DNA of 57,771 bases, filler included, from Platydemus manokwari (taxonomy: Eukaryota): the NCBI GenBank assembly GCA_037951405.1. It is 5 parts of 5 records of this genome, joined end to end, with 100 filler letters (N's around TTAATTAATTAA, not from the genome) between each part and the next. Parts side by side here need not be neighbours in the genome. Positions count along the whole stretch, not along the records: positions 36,979 to 48,662 come from JBBMOY010525553.1; positions 48,763 to 57,771 come from JBBMOY011314761.1; 3 more parts are not named here. The stretch is one strand, 5' to 3'. The translations under genes were made by a program, and so were the position numbers. The notes beneath the pieces were generated by a model that was not told where the DNA came from, ran no database searches, and saw only the letters and a program-made list of their open reading frames with translations. Of the stretch, positions 40,101 to 51,301 are shown in pieces (within the stretch, counting starts at the first letter, position 1; each line of letters begins with the position of its first letter).

Positions 40101-42923
40101 TCTAACACGTTTCTCGGTCAAATAACGGCTTAATTCTTCTTCATTCGAAATATCAAAACGAAAACCTTTCTCAAATTCTGTGGCCGTTGGTTTGAATGTT
40201 GGTAAATTTTGAAATTCCACAAATGCTCCATCAAGACCGTCTTCACCATACCGAAACTGAATTAAATGATCAATTTGATTTCTCACGGTCGCATCATATT
40301 TAATCATAACTGATTCCATGGCTTTTATCAAACGTCTTTGAATATACCCTGTTTCAGCAGTTTTAACAGCAGTATCAATTAATCCTTCTCGTCCACCCAT
40401 AGCATGAAAAAAGAATTCAGTCGGTGTCAGTCCAGCAAGATAAGAATTCTCAACAAATCCTCTCGATTCTGGCCCATAATCATCTTTAATGAAATGTGGT
40501 AATGTGCGTTGCTGAAAGCCAAATGGAATTCGTTTGCCTTCTACGTTTTGTTGGCCGACACAAGCAATAACTTGTGAAATATTGATCTTTGATCCTTTAG
40601 CTCCTGACATGACCATCAAATTGAAGTTATTATACTTGGAAAGAGATCTCTGAGCACAACTCCCAGTTTTATCTCGAGCATCATTGAGAATTTTATTGAC
40701 TGTTGTTTCAAAGGTTTGCCTTAATGTATTGCCAGGTGTTGATTGTAATTCATAATTATGTGCTTTATCAATTGTTTCAAATACAGCTTCTTTTGCTCGA
40801 TCAATTGTCTGTTTGATTTCTTCACGGGTTTTAGCATCGTATAAAGCATCAACAATACCAATTGTATGACCCTCAATTAATAACCAATTATTAACAACAG
40901 TTTGTACATTGTTAAAAAAGTTTCCTGCTTCATCAGGATGTTGTTCAAGAGCAATGATATGAATAAGTGATCCAGCACTACTTCCTAGCGTTTTCTTACA
41001 TAATATTCCACATATCAATTCACCATCTTCAATGACAACTTTGGTATCCCCAGGAGAAATCCATCGATATGGTCCTTGTTCTTCTGATTCTGGATGTGTA
41101 CTATGTGTACGAATACAATTGACGCGACCTGGAATAATGAGCGAAAACAATTGTTTACCAGTCCATAAACGTTGTGGTTTATAGATTGCTGGCTTGGGGA
41201 TTCTTCCATTCCATGTTGGTAAATACATTAATAAATGCATCATTTCTGCACGATTAAGAAAAATATCCCTTGTTGTCATTTTGTTACAAGCAGTTAATGT
41301 ATCTTGTACGATACTCATTACTGGTTGATTACTTTGAGGTGTGACAATCAACTTTGTCACTCGAGCAAGATCAGATACTTCGGCTTTAGTTTCCAATGAT
41401 TGTGGCAAATGTAAATTCATTTCGTCACCATCAAAATCGGCATTATAAGGGCTTGTGACAGACAAATTTAATCGAAATGTCGAGAATGGTAAAACTTTAA
41501 CTCGATGGCACATCATGGACATCTTGTGAAGAGTTGGCTGCCGATTGAATACAATATAATCATCATTAAGCATATGTCGTTCAACGGTTTCTCCATATTG
41601 TAACTGAATATCCGAACTGTCTGGACGCCTTTTAAGATCGATTCGATCGCCATTTTCACGAATAACAAAAGCTGCTCCGGGATACATGGTGCCATTTTTT
41701 ACTAGTTGTTGCAAATAATATTTGTTAAATGGTGTCACTTTTTCTGGAAAAGTGAGGTTTTGTGCAATCACTCTCGGAACACCTACTTGATCTAAATTCA
41801 AATTTGGATCTGCTGTAATAACTGTTCGAGCAGAGTAATCGGTTCTTTTACCCATTAAATTTGACCGAATACGACCATGTTTACCTTTCAATCGCTGTTT
41901 CAAGGTTTTGAGGGGTCGACCAGATTTTTGAATAGCAGTGGGCAAAAAAGGACTTTCATTGTCAATAAATGTTGCAACATGATATTGTAATGAATTTTCT
42001 TTTTCAAGAAGAATTGTCGAAGCTACCCCATTTTCTTCAGCTGTTCTTATTTCATTATTGACTTTGACAATTTCTGTAAGTTTATGAGTTAAATCATCAT
42101 GAGATTTCCCTGTATGATTCATTACAACTGCTGGTCGAACTGCTAATGGAGGAACAGCTAATACAGTCATTATCATACTTTCTGGGCGAGAAAACTTCGG
42201 ATTATAGCCCATAAACAAACAATCTTCGTCAGAAATTCTTTTAAATATTTCTAACACCTGATGAGCTCGTAGAGGCTGCTTGCTGTCTGATTCCGAAGAA
42301 TCATCTTTAAGAGTCACAAAATATTCCAAACCATTGCGACGGAAAACTGGCTGAACATAACCACATCCAGATCTAATCATATCTTGTTTCGAGTCTAAAT
42401 CATCTCTATCATTATTAGGGACTGAACATACTTTAGTTTTTCTACATTCATCATACATAAAATCAAATCTTTTTCGAGGATTGTTTTCGGTTTTCCTTAG
42501 AATTTCTTTAATATTACCCGAATTGACATCCACTAGAATTTTTGAACATTTGAAACACACACTTCTTAAAATTTTAATGATTTTCTCTTTAAAGCCTATA
42601 TGGAATACTGGTCTTGATAAATTAATGTGTCCAAAATGGCCAGGGCATTCAGAAACGCTACCTCCACATGTTTGACAATAAGAATATTTGTCAAAAGGAC
42701 CTTGTCTAGGATCCATCAAACCATCTTTTTTGGGTTTTCCATCTTGGGTTTTTTCGGCATATATGATACCATTTTCCCCAACAACTGACAATCGTTTCTA
42801 AATAATTAAAGTTTAGTTAATAGCAAATAAGATCTCAGTTACTATCTCTGAGGCACATAAAATTCCAAACTGAACTTTCTTTACTTCTCTCAATGGCACA
42901 GTTGGAAGATCCAAATTAGCCAT
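37170..42923 (-). CDS. RPB1: RNA polymerase II largest subunit; exons 42923-42843 and 42797-37170, 1902 aa
   Basis: Exon 1 ([27 protein letters not shown]) is joined by a 45-nt GT-AG intron to KRLSV. Zn sites CQTC..CPGHFGH, active site [10 protein letters not shown], bridge helix [23 protein letters not shown], trigger loop [18 protein letters not shown]. Confidence 0.99.
37788..38144 (-). repeat. RPB1 CTD core: 17 contiguous heptads (21-bp unit), followed by dispersed degenerate heptads
   Basis: 357 bp = 17 x YSPTSPx; position-7 series G,T,G,S,G,S,N,S,G,S,N,S,G,S,N,S,R. Confidence 0.97.
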
Positions 42924-43259
42924 AGTAAATTTGAATCATATAATTTTCAATAAAATATAAACAAATCTGTAAATATTGCACAACCATAATAATTTTCGTT
43001 AAAATTGCATGACTAATCAACAACCATTATGTCATTACAAATAGTCATTACTCAATAACAAGTATTACATAAAATATTAAAAATATATAAAATGAAATTT
43101 TAAATTTATAATAAGAGAAAATTTTAACTTAGTAAAAAAAGTCCCAAAATTAAATAAATTTTAAAAATATAATTCTACTTGATAATAATACTACTATAAA
43201 TCTTTTTGGTTAATAATATATTTAAAATTACATTTCTAATAGAAAACAAGCAAAATTTA

Positions 43260-44420
43260 CATCATACTGATGTATTTACTGAAAGGTTATTAGAAATAAA
43301 GTGCCTAAAAGATAAAAAGGAGTACAAAGGCAAAATTATACTATTGGTTAGTTAAATAAAAAAGTATATCCAAATAATATCTTCAATAATTTCCACGAAG
43401 ATAGAAGGTGTGTCGGAGCCAGTTTGAATAACAAATTATGATGTATATACAACAGGTATTGACATTCATTAAAAAGATCTTAAATATCTAATTTATCGTT
43501 TGTGGAAATCTCATTAATAAATTAAAATAATTTGAATTAAACACCAGAATTTTTATGTTATAAATAAGTTAGTTTAGTTTAAGTTTGAAGTTATAAAATT
43601 GTATTACTAGCTGTAAGTTTGTTCACTGATTCTTAAGGGACTTCTATAGCAGGTATTGAAGACCTCATTACTGGAAAATGTTTAACTGAAAATATATAAG
43701 GGTATAACTAGTTTATTTTAAAACTAATTTATTACTCAACGTCAATATAGTTTACTATTAATATTAGATTATTAAATTGCTGAAAAAACTGATTGTGATC
43801 TTTTTAGTTTGTATAAATTAAAAGTCAAATTAAATTCTTGTACTGTATGCTGTTGTATTCAAGCAACTGTAAAATTACTATAATAAAGAATAACGCTAGT
43901 GTTGGGTTATGGTAGACGTTAAATTTGTTTTTTAAATCAACTCAACAGCGTGAGTTCCTTTGCAGTTATATTAGACCCTTTCGGTTGTATTATATCAGAA
44001 CACACAAATCGATAATGAAGATTAAAAATTAATATACAAACAAAACAATTTGCTCATACTATTTAACTTACACAAAAAGAAATTTATTTTGCAACAATTA
44101 GGAGTGGTTATCTCACAGAAATCGTGAGAACCTTTATTTCTCCTTACAAATTTAAATATAGATGTTAGATAAAAGAAATTATTCAATGTCTCCAAAGGGG
44201 ATCCTTTAGAGTGCTGTTATGATTAATGAAAAGTACTTATTTATTTACCTGGGTTTATATTGAATCAGAGCTTTGATTAGTCTTTCAAAAATTTTCACAG
44301 TTTATTCTTGATCCTCTACAAAGTCGTCGAGATTTCAAAGAGTGAATTGTGATAGAAATCCATCAGCTTATATAGATGCTGAGATTCGGTACTTTGTACC
44401 TAGGAATTTCCATCACTCTC
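43260..44420 (+). pseudogene. Heavily decayed coding-like sequence with faint clan-CE (Ulp1/adenain-like) protease motifs
   Basis: Fragments GIEDLITGKCLTENI, CWVMVDV, AVILDPFG and later QFILDPLQ occur in the order expected for L..G.WL.D / HW..v.v / ylDs motifs. Many stops; no catalytic Cys motif found. Confidence 0.25.
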
Positions 44421-44669
44421 GTAATTTTTAAACAATTTTTCACTTTAGATCTTTAATGTTTATAATTATAAAAGTTCTAAACCTTAAAAATTCTTAATAA
44501 TTTACCTAACCTTATAAATTTTATTACTAAATTTTTTGACATTATACATTAAATATTGTATTTCTCTTTTTACTCTTTGATTTATAAATAATAATATATA
44601 TCAATTTATATTTTTTCCTCAAAAATAAATCAAAAACAATTCATAATTAAAATAGTTAACCCATTTTCA

Positions 44670-44850
44670 AAATCGAAATCAAGATAATTACAAAAATATT
44701 CAAGATTAAAATATCAAAAATGTTCAAGATTAAAATATCAAATATCAATTACAAAAATGTTCAATATCAGTTCAAGATTGGGATCACAAAAATGTTTAAT
44801 ATCAATTCAAAATTAGAATCACATGGGATTTCAATATCAAGTCAAATATT
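44670..44850. repeat. Degenerate tandem repeat (CAAAAATGTTCAAGATT / TCAATATCAA units)
   Basis: Repeated CAAAAATRTTCAA and TCAAGATTAAAATATCAAA units directly after the stop codon of the minus-strand ORF. Confidence 0.75.
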
Positions 44851-47800
44851 GGATTGATTGCTGTCTGATTTTGAATTCGTAGTTCTGCAGTTCTGCTGAA
44901 TCCCTGCTGACATCAAGCGTCAAAATCCACGCTACAGCTTTGGGTGGGCTCACCTCTTTATTTTCTGAGGTTGTTTGTGTCTCCGCAGGTTCCTCCTTTT
45001 CTCTTAGCCCTTGTTCCAGGTTCTCGTCACTATCACTACTTTCTAAGTCTTTAGTGACCTGTCTTATTATTCTATCATGTTTCCTTCTCTTTTTCTGCAT
45101 CCTTTCTTTTTCATTGAGCTTTTCGTATAGCTCAAATTTCCTCTTTATTTTCTCTCTTTTCTCGGGTCTTTCTTCTGCTCTCGTTGGTCAATCTTTCGGA
45201 TCCTCGGGTCACCGGGACTTCCTTTGGTTTTTCAAACCCTCTGGTTAGAGGTCTTATGTTATTATCTTCTATTACTAATGGGATCAGCTTCCATGGCCTG
45301 TTGTTGGCCTCCTCTATCATTTGTTCTATGTCCCTATTGGCTTCTTTTATTAATTTTTCTGTCTTTATCTTGATCCAACTCTAGGATAACTGGAGATGAG
45401 GCCATCTCATCCATAGCCGATCTGTCTGGTGTTGGAATCCTTTCTGTTGTTGTCGGATTCAAACTGGATACCCATTTGCTGGTATTCATCTCTCCACTTT
45501 CCTCTCCTCGGAGTTTTTCCGGTGCCAACTGCATTTCTTCCGGATGATCCTCCCAGTCTTTTTCTACGGCCTTATACACTTTATAGATTTGCCAAACTTT
45601 ATGATGTAATTTTGGCAGCGTTCTATACCTTATTTCTGGCGTTTCATAGAAGATTTTTCTGTGAAGTTCCTCCAGGGTAAAATCCAGTACACCAGTACTG
45701 GAAACTTTTTTCTTATGGCCGGTCCATTAGCTATATCTCTTATTCCAGCTAGTTCCTGTAATCTTGTCTTAATAGCCCTTAATTGTGGGTAAAGTTTATA
45801 CCCCACAACTAATTGGTTCTCCATCATTCTTTTTAGCGCTACTACAACTCTTTCTGCGCCTAGGCAACCCTCTAGATCGAATTCCGATAGACCAGTGATG
45901 TTGGCGTAGTAGTGCCCGATCCTCTGCCTTGGAGTTATCTTGGCCTCCCATACTACCTGTCCTTCAATATTTAATATGATTACATATATCGGATGTGGCT
46001 CCCCATTTAAGGCGAAAGCCACTTTTATGTCCATGAACCCTATTCGATTTCTTAATTCCATTGGTGTTAACTCTATATCTCTGATATACGAGATTTGAGT
46101 GTTGTGTAAATATATCGGATTCCTCGTTTTTCGTCTTATCTTTTGAGGCATTTCTTCAATCCTAGGTCTTCAACCAGAGGAACCGGATAGATCTTACAAT
46201 TAACGAAGAACCAATACCGATAATCAGTGCAGACAATCTATACAGATACCTTGGCGTTCCATTTGGTCTTCCAAAACGATCTCCGGTGTATAATATCTTA
46301 CAAACAATTATATCGGACTTTGAAGGCATTGCCAAATCGAGACTGCATCCATCGCAGAAATTCGCAACATGTATTTTCCTGCATTCGAGTCTTCCATTCC
46401 ACTTTCGGATCCAACAAGTCGAAACTACAAAACTAGACTCCAGAACACTAATCACCGATAATGAAAACAATGTCGTGCAATCCTTCGACAAAAAATACGA
46501 CAAATTTGCTGCAGAATTATGAAGATGGACGGATCCAATTCCAGCAATAACTTCTCCATGTATGCTCCAACGAAACTCGGTGGTATTGATCTAACCACCT
46601 CACTCATGGAATACTGTATCCAAAGTGTAGTCGGGGCCTTCCGGTTCTTAACTAGCTCAGACCAAAAATTCAAGGACTTCATAAGGGACCACATCATTTA
46701 AGTGGTGAATCAGAGGACTACGGAAACTTGCGACCTCAATACAGCCTTGTTGTGGATCTCTGACAAGCTGAACACCGATAAATCCAGCTTCTCATCAACA
46801 TGGTGGACCAAAACCCGATTTGCGATTAGGAAGATAAGGAAAATTGGCACGGATATCCAATTCTACCAACATAACACGGAAATCCCTTTGAAAATCTCAA
46901 TCGAAGAAGATAAAACCTACCACTTCAATTTTGACAACAAAGGAAAACTATTAGATATCCTCCACGACTCAGTTTCAATGTACCACTTCAAGGAATGAAA
47001 GACAATGAAAAAACAAGGAAGGCTCGCTCACTGTTTCTCTGCCTCGCACCTGTCACAGAAACCATTGAAAAACTGCCACCTCTCGCCTGAAGTATGGATA
47101 TTTGTTCAACATGCAAGAAACAATCTCCTTTTGCTGAACTATACTCCGTACTTTATCAAAAAGGAAAAATCGACGCTCTGCTGAAGATGCCAGACTGAAA
47201 GGGAAACCGATGCTTACATCTTTATAAACTGCCCCGCAGTGCCAGGACTAGCATCGAAAAGACATGCAGTGATTCTCGACCATCTTGGACACTACCTCAG
47301 ATCCTTAGGTTACGACACGGACATAGATACGAGTCCGCCAAGGCTGAACACGAAACTCAGGCCTGACCTAATAATTAGGAACAAGGTAAAACGTCGTGCC
47401 TACATCGTGGATCTAAAAATACTTTTTGATATGGCGGAAAACTTCGAGAAGCATAGACTACTAATCTTTGAAAAATACAGGTCAATAGCTGCCGATATCA
47501 GGACCAAAACAAGATTCGAAACCAGCTTAGATGTCCATTGCCTTGGAGTACTTGGATCTTGGGACCCAAAGAACAATGGTGTACTCTCCAACATTGGACT
47601 CGACAAAGCCCAAATCACATTCATCGCTGGGTTCCTGATAAGCTCATTGCTGAAAGATGCCTTCGCCATCTACAAGGCCCACACGGATATGCGAAACCTC
47701 AAGCCCCCATCTTGGAATAGAGCATTCAAACAACTAGCCGGACCTACCAATGATTCGTAACAGAATCGATAAGAATTATAAGGATCCAAACTGGAAACTT

Positions 47801-48155
47801 GTCAAGCAAATATTCCGATCATTATGGAAATGTATAAACAGTACAAAAGATGTGAGGACTTGTGCCACCGCATCGCCAAGAATATTATGTTTGTGTTAAA
47901 TAAATTTTAGTTAAAAAATTTTAATGCCTATTGTTTTTGGTAACTGGTGGGGGTGAATGATTACGGTCTCATATCCCGTATAATTTTTTAGTTCCAGTAA
48001 TCTTAGGGTGGAATTCCCCTCTATTTGATAAGTTTTTGTTGTTGTTTCTGGGACAGCTGATGTTGCTGCTTCCATTCATCGTAGGATTTTATGGCATATG
48101 GGATTTTTTCATCTTCGCTCTCTTCGCTACCTGAATAGAGCACAAGACGTTCCAT
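44837..48155 (-). pseudogene. Disrupted intronless ORF (~520 codons) with a REX4/ISG20-like DEDDh-fold domain and charged C-terminal tail; interrupted by a non-LTR insertion
   Basis: ATG at 48155 (MERLVLYSGSEESEDEKIP...LPKTIGIKIF) continues past the insertion as RIEEMPQKIRR...IGFMDIKV..VIILNIEGQVVWEAKITP..YYANITGLSEFDL..QLVVGYKL..IRDIA..FTLEELHRKIF..VYKAVEKDWED, then a K/E/R-rich tail to the stop at 44837. Several frameshifts and stops. Confidence 0.7.
46166..47907 (+). mobile_element. 5'-truncated non-LTR retrotransposon with restriction-like endonuclease (NeSL/R5/R2 group)
   Basis: RT end YRYLGVPF, thumb SRLHPSQK and MYAPTKLGGID, zinc knuckle C*RC..ETDAYIFINC, RH motif, RLE motifs LRPDLII, IVDLKI, KY, LGVLGSW, stop at 47760, 3' UTR with AATAAA at ~47899. 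Possible 3-bp TSD TAG (46163-46165 / 47908-47910). Contains stops and frameshifts. Confidence 0.92.
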
Positions 48156-48522
48156 GCTATCCCAACACTAGTATATGCAAAAAATTATTTATCGAACACA
48201 AAAAATAAACAACAATTGAACTGAGCACAAAATTTCGGTTTCAATATCCAGTGAGTCACGAAAGTAAGTAGCTGATAGTTAAGAAGAGAATATTTTTTGG
48301 GGATCGGGCTAAAAACAGTGAATCATTAACAATTACAATTTTTTTATGTGAATAATACTTTTTATTTCTATTTTCTGTGTTTTATTTTCATAATGAGTTA
48401 ATCAAAGTATTTATAAATGTATAAAAGTAGTTTTTATAGAAAACTATAGTAATAATGGGATTAATTAGTATCTGTAACAAAACATTGTAGCAATTTTTAG
48501 GGATACGGTTATGTAGTCAGTT

Positions 48523-48628
48523 TTGATACACTGAAATGTATCAATGTATTTTAGGAAACATCAGCCGAATGTTATGGTGATATTATAAATCATTTTTTCG
48601 ATACATTTGACATGCTGTCAAATGTATC
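48523..48628. repeat. Two related hairpins built on GATACA/TGTATC
   Basis: TTGATACA-ctgaaa-TGTATCAA (48523-48544) and a perfect 13-bp stem GATACATTTGACA-tgc-TGTCAAATGTATC (48600-48628). Confidence 0.8.
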
Positions 48629-48662
48629 AATTTTTATCAACTTTTATAAATTATTTATGAAT

Positions 48663-48762
48663 NNNNNNNNNNNNNNNNNNNNNNNNNNNNNNNNNNNNNN
48701 NNNNNNTTAATTAATTAANNNNNNNNNNNNNNNNNNNNNNNNNNNNNNNNNNNNNNNNNNNN
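48663..48762. other. Artificial contig linker
   Basis: N44-TTAATTAATTAA-N44. Confidence 0.97.
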
Positions 48763-50619
48763 ATATCATGCCACTGGTTATTCAATACCACAGGACAAGA
48801 GAGTGAGGTCGACGAACTGCGCAACTCATCCTGAAGCCCCAGTGAGATCCCATCAAAAATTATATTGTATGTAGTCCGAGTGCAAGACAGGTAGTTCTTT
48901 TTACTATCTAAAAGCTTTAAGCTGAGAATGATATGTCTTCTTGATCTGCACAGCTTTGTTGAGTTTTCTTTCTTGTATATTCTGGAATAATGTCGTCTTT
49001 CATATATTTTCTTTTCCATAATTCAAATCCTTTGATGAATGGAAAAATTTCGGATCTAGCATCTCCATTTGTGCAGCAGAAATAATCATCTCAAAGTCCC
49101 TCTTTTTAGTTTGTATTATAGTCTTGGTTGTAATTGACTGAGGGTATTCCGTGATTTTTGGTTGATATATTGAGATCAATTTCCTTCAATTGTTTCACTT
49201 GAAGTTTCATGTAGATCAAACATATTGTATGAGCATTGATTATCCCGGTCACTTCTTTTATATTTATCCAATGTACTACTTGGCCGAAGTATATATTTTA
49301 GGATTTCTTTAACTTAATAGGTAACCACATCTTCTATTCGATAATCACAAAGATTATTTTTTAATTGAATTAGTGAGTCGTGATTTTCTAATCATTAGAA
49401 ATTATTAGAGTTACGGTTGGTACTCTTAGAACTTGTTTTGATATTTGTTTGCTTTACTTAACTCTCTTTTTTCCTTTCTCCAAGATTTTTTCTTATTTTA
49501 TCTAAAGTTTTTATTGGGTTTTCGATTTTCTTATTTCAATTGAGAGGTACAATTTTTCTGGAGTTTCGTTGTGTCTTTCGCTTTATCATTTAAAAACTTT
49601 CATCATAAAGTGTACCGGGATTTAGTTTCTTGTTTGAATTCAGGTTTTGCCTGTTTCTCTTGAACTTAGTATGCTTGGGATCTGCTTTCTATTACCACAT
49701 ATTTCACAACATTTGCATAGTGCTTTTTGCATTGGCGTGGCATTGTGTATTCTCTGTGTGGAAATATTCATTGGTATTTTCAATTGGGTAATTTGGTAAG
49801 GATTTCAGCAAAATTCTGGCCAACCAAGTAATTTGTTTACAATCATTCAATGTACCATTTCGTGTTGCTTTAGCATTACTGACGTGAGGGGGTTACTATC
49901 ACCTATAAATATTTCATCTTTATTAAGGCTCGTCAACGTTTTAGGAGTACTGGTCGTTATTGTGTTACCATTTAAGTTGCCTCCTTTGACGAGTAAGTTT
50001 ATGTTTTTCTCTGGTGGTTTGTTTAGAGGTTGTAGAATACTTTTTTTTGAAGTTTCTCCTGACACTGGATCTATAATTAGACTCTTCATTCATACAAGAC
50101 AAACTCATAAAAGTCATCTTAAATGACAACAAATTTTCCAAAGCACTGCCAATTGCAAAAAGCAAAGTAAAACAGTGTAAATACGAAACAGTCAGTTGGA
50201 AGATGCTAGTTGAAATTTTGAGTATTGAAGAAGAAATTCAATATGGAAGACAATTTGACAGAAAACCGACAAAAGTGTTTGAGGAAAGAGATATTTTTTC
50301 ACAAGGCCAACATGATTTTATAAATATTTGTACTAAAAACAAAGGAGAGGTACTTTGCTTACATAACAAGATTGTAAGTTCAGCAAAAGAAAATTGTTAT
50401 ATAACATCATTTATAACAAAGATTCTCTGCTAGCACACAATATCAACAAGATTGGCATAGACTATGAAGAAATTCAACTGCGGAATTTATATTTATATCA
50501 TAGAAGTATAAAAATGTCAGCTATGATAGTCAATTATCGAAAAGTACTAAGTATGAGACATCTTTTTTCAAAAATCAACTACATTAACATGGAGCATGCT
50601 GATAATGGCGAAATATCAA

Positions 50620-51153
50620 GGTGTTCAAGAAAAGTTTATCAGGAAATAATTGATGTGATTGGATCAAACAAAATGCCGAATTTAACATATAAGAAATTTT
50701 TGCATTACACTCAAGCTGTTATTTAGATTCTCATCTGTGGCTCTTTTGACCCTACCTCATCGAGTTGTTTAAACCACAGAGGTAGATGAATATTTCATTC
50801 ACAAAGATTCCATTGTTTTTCCTAATCTGTATGCTTTTCATCGTGATACAAGTGTATGGGAGAAACCGTTTGATTTTTATCCAGAACACTTTCTAACTCA
50901 ATCAGATAACAATGAAATGAAATACAAAACTCGAAATGAATTGGTACCGTTTGGTATTGGTAAACGACAGTGTCTCGGTGAATCATTAGCTCGGATGGAG
51001 TTCTTCGTATTTCTAACGAGTATTTTACAAAGATTTAAAATTCGATTTGATAAAGTCATGAATGAAGAAGATTTTTTAAAAATAAATCAAGTAACAGAAG
51101 GACCAGTCAGAGCCCCGCTGAGTTCTGACATCATTTTTGAAATGCGAGTTTGA
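50620..51153 (+). pseudogene. Cytochrome P450 (CYP2-clan-like) 3' fragment, pseudogene
   Basis: KVYQEIIDVIG..YTQAVI, then the ExxR motif is deleted with a frameshift; LPHRVV* (stop), NLYAFHRD..WEKPFDFYPEHFL, heme motif PFGIGKRQCLGESLARME. The 5' part is not recognisable. Confidence 0.88.
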
Positions 51154-51181
51154 TTTTAAAAAATAATTAAATTAATTAAAA

Positions 51182-51301
51182 TTTAAAGTTCGATTTGATA
51201 AAATTATGAATGAAGAAGATTTTATTAAAATAATTCAAGGAACACGAGGTGTTACCAGAGTACCTCTGAGTTTTAATGTTATTTATGAAATGAGAGTTTG
51301 A
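51182..51301 (+). pseudogene. Second, diverged copy of the P450 C-terminal 39 codons
   Basis: FKVRFDKIMNEEDFIKIIQGTRGVTRVPLSFNVIYEMRV* vs upstream FKIRFDKVMNEEDFLKINQVTEGPVRAPLSSDIIFEMRV*; AATAAA at 51312. Confidence 0.88.
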
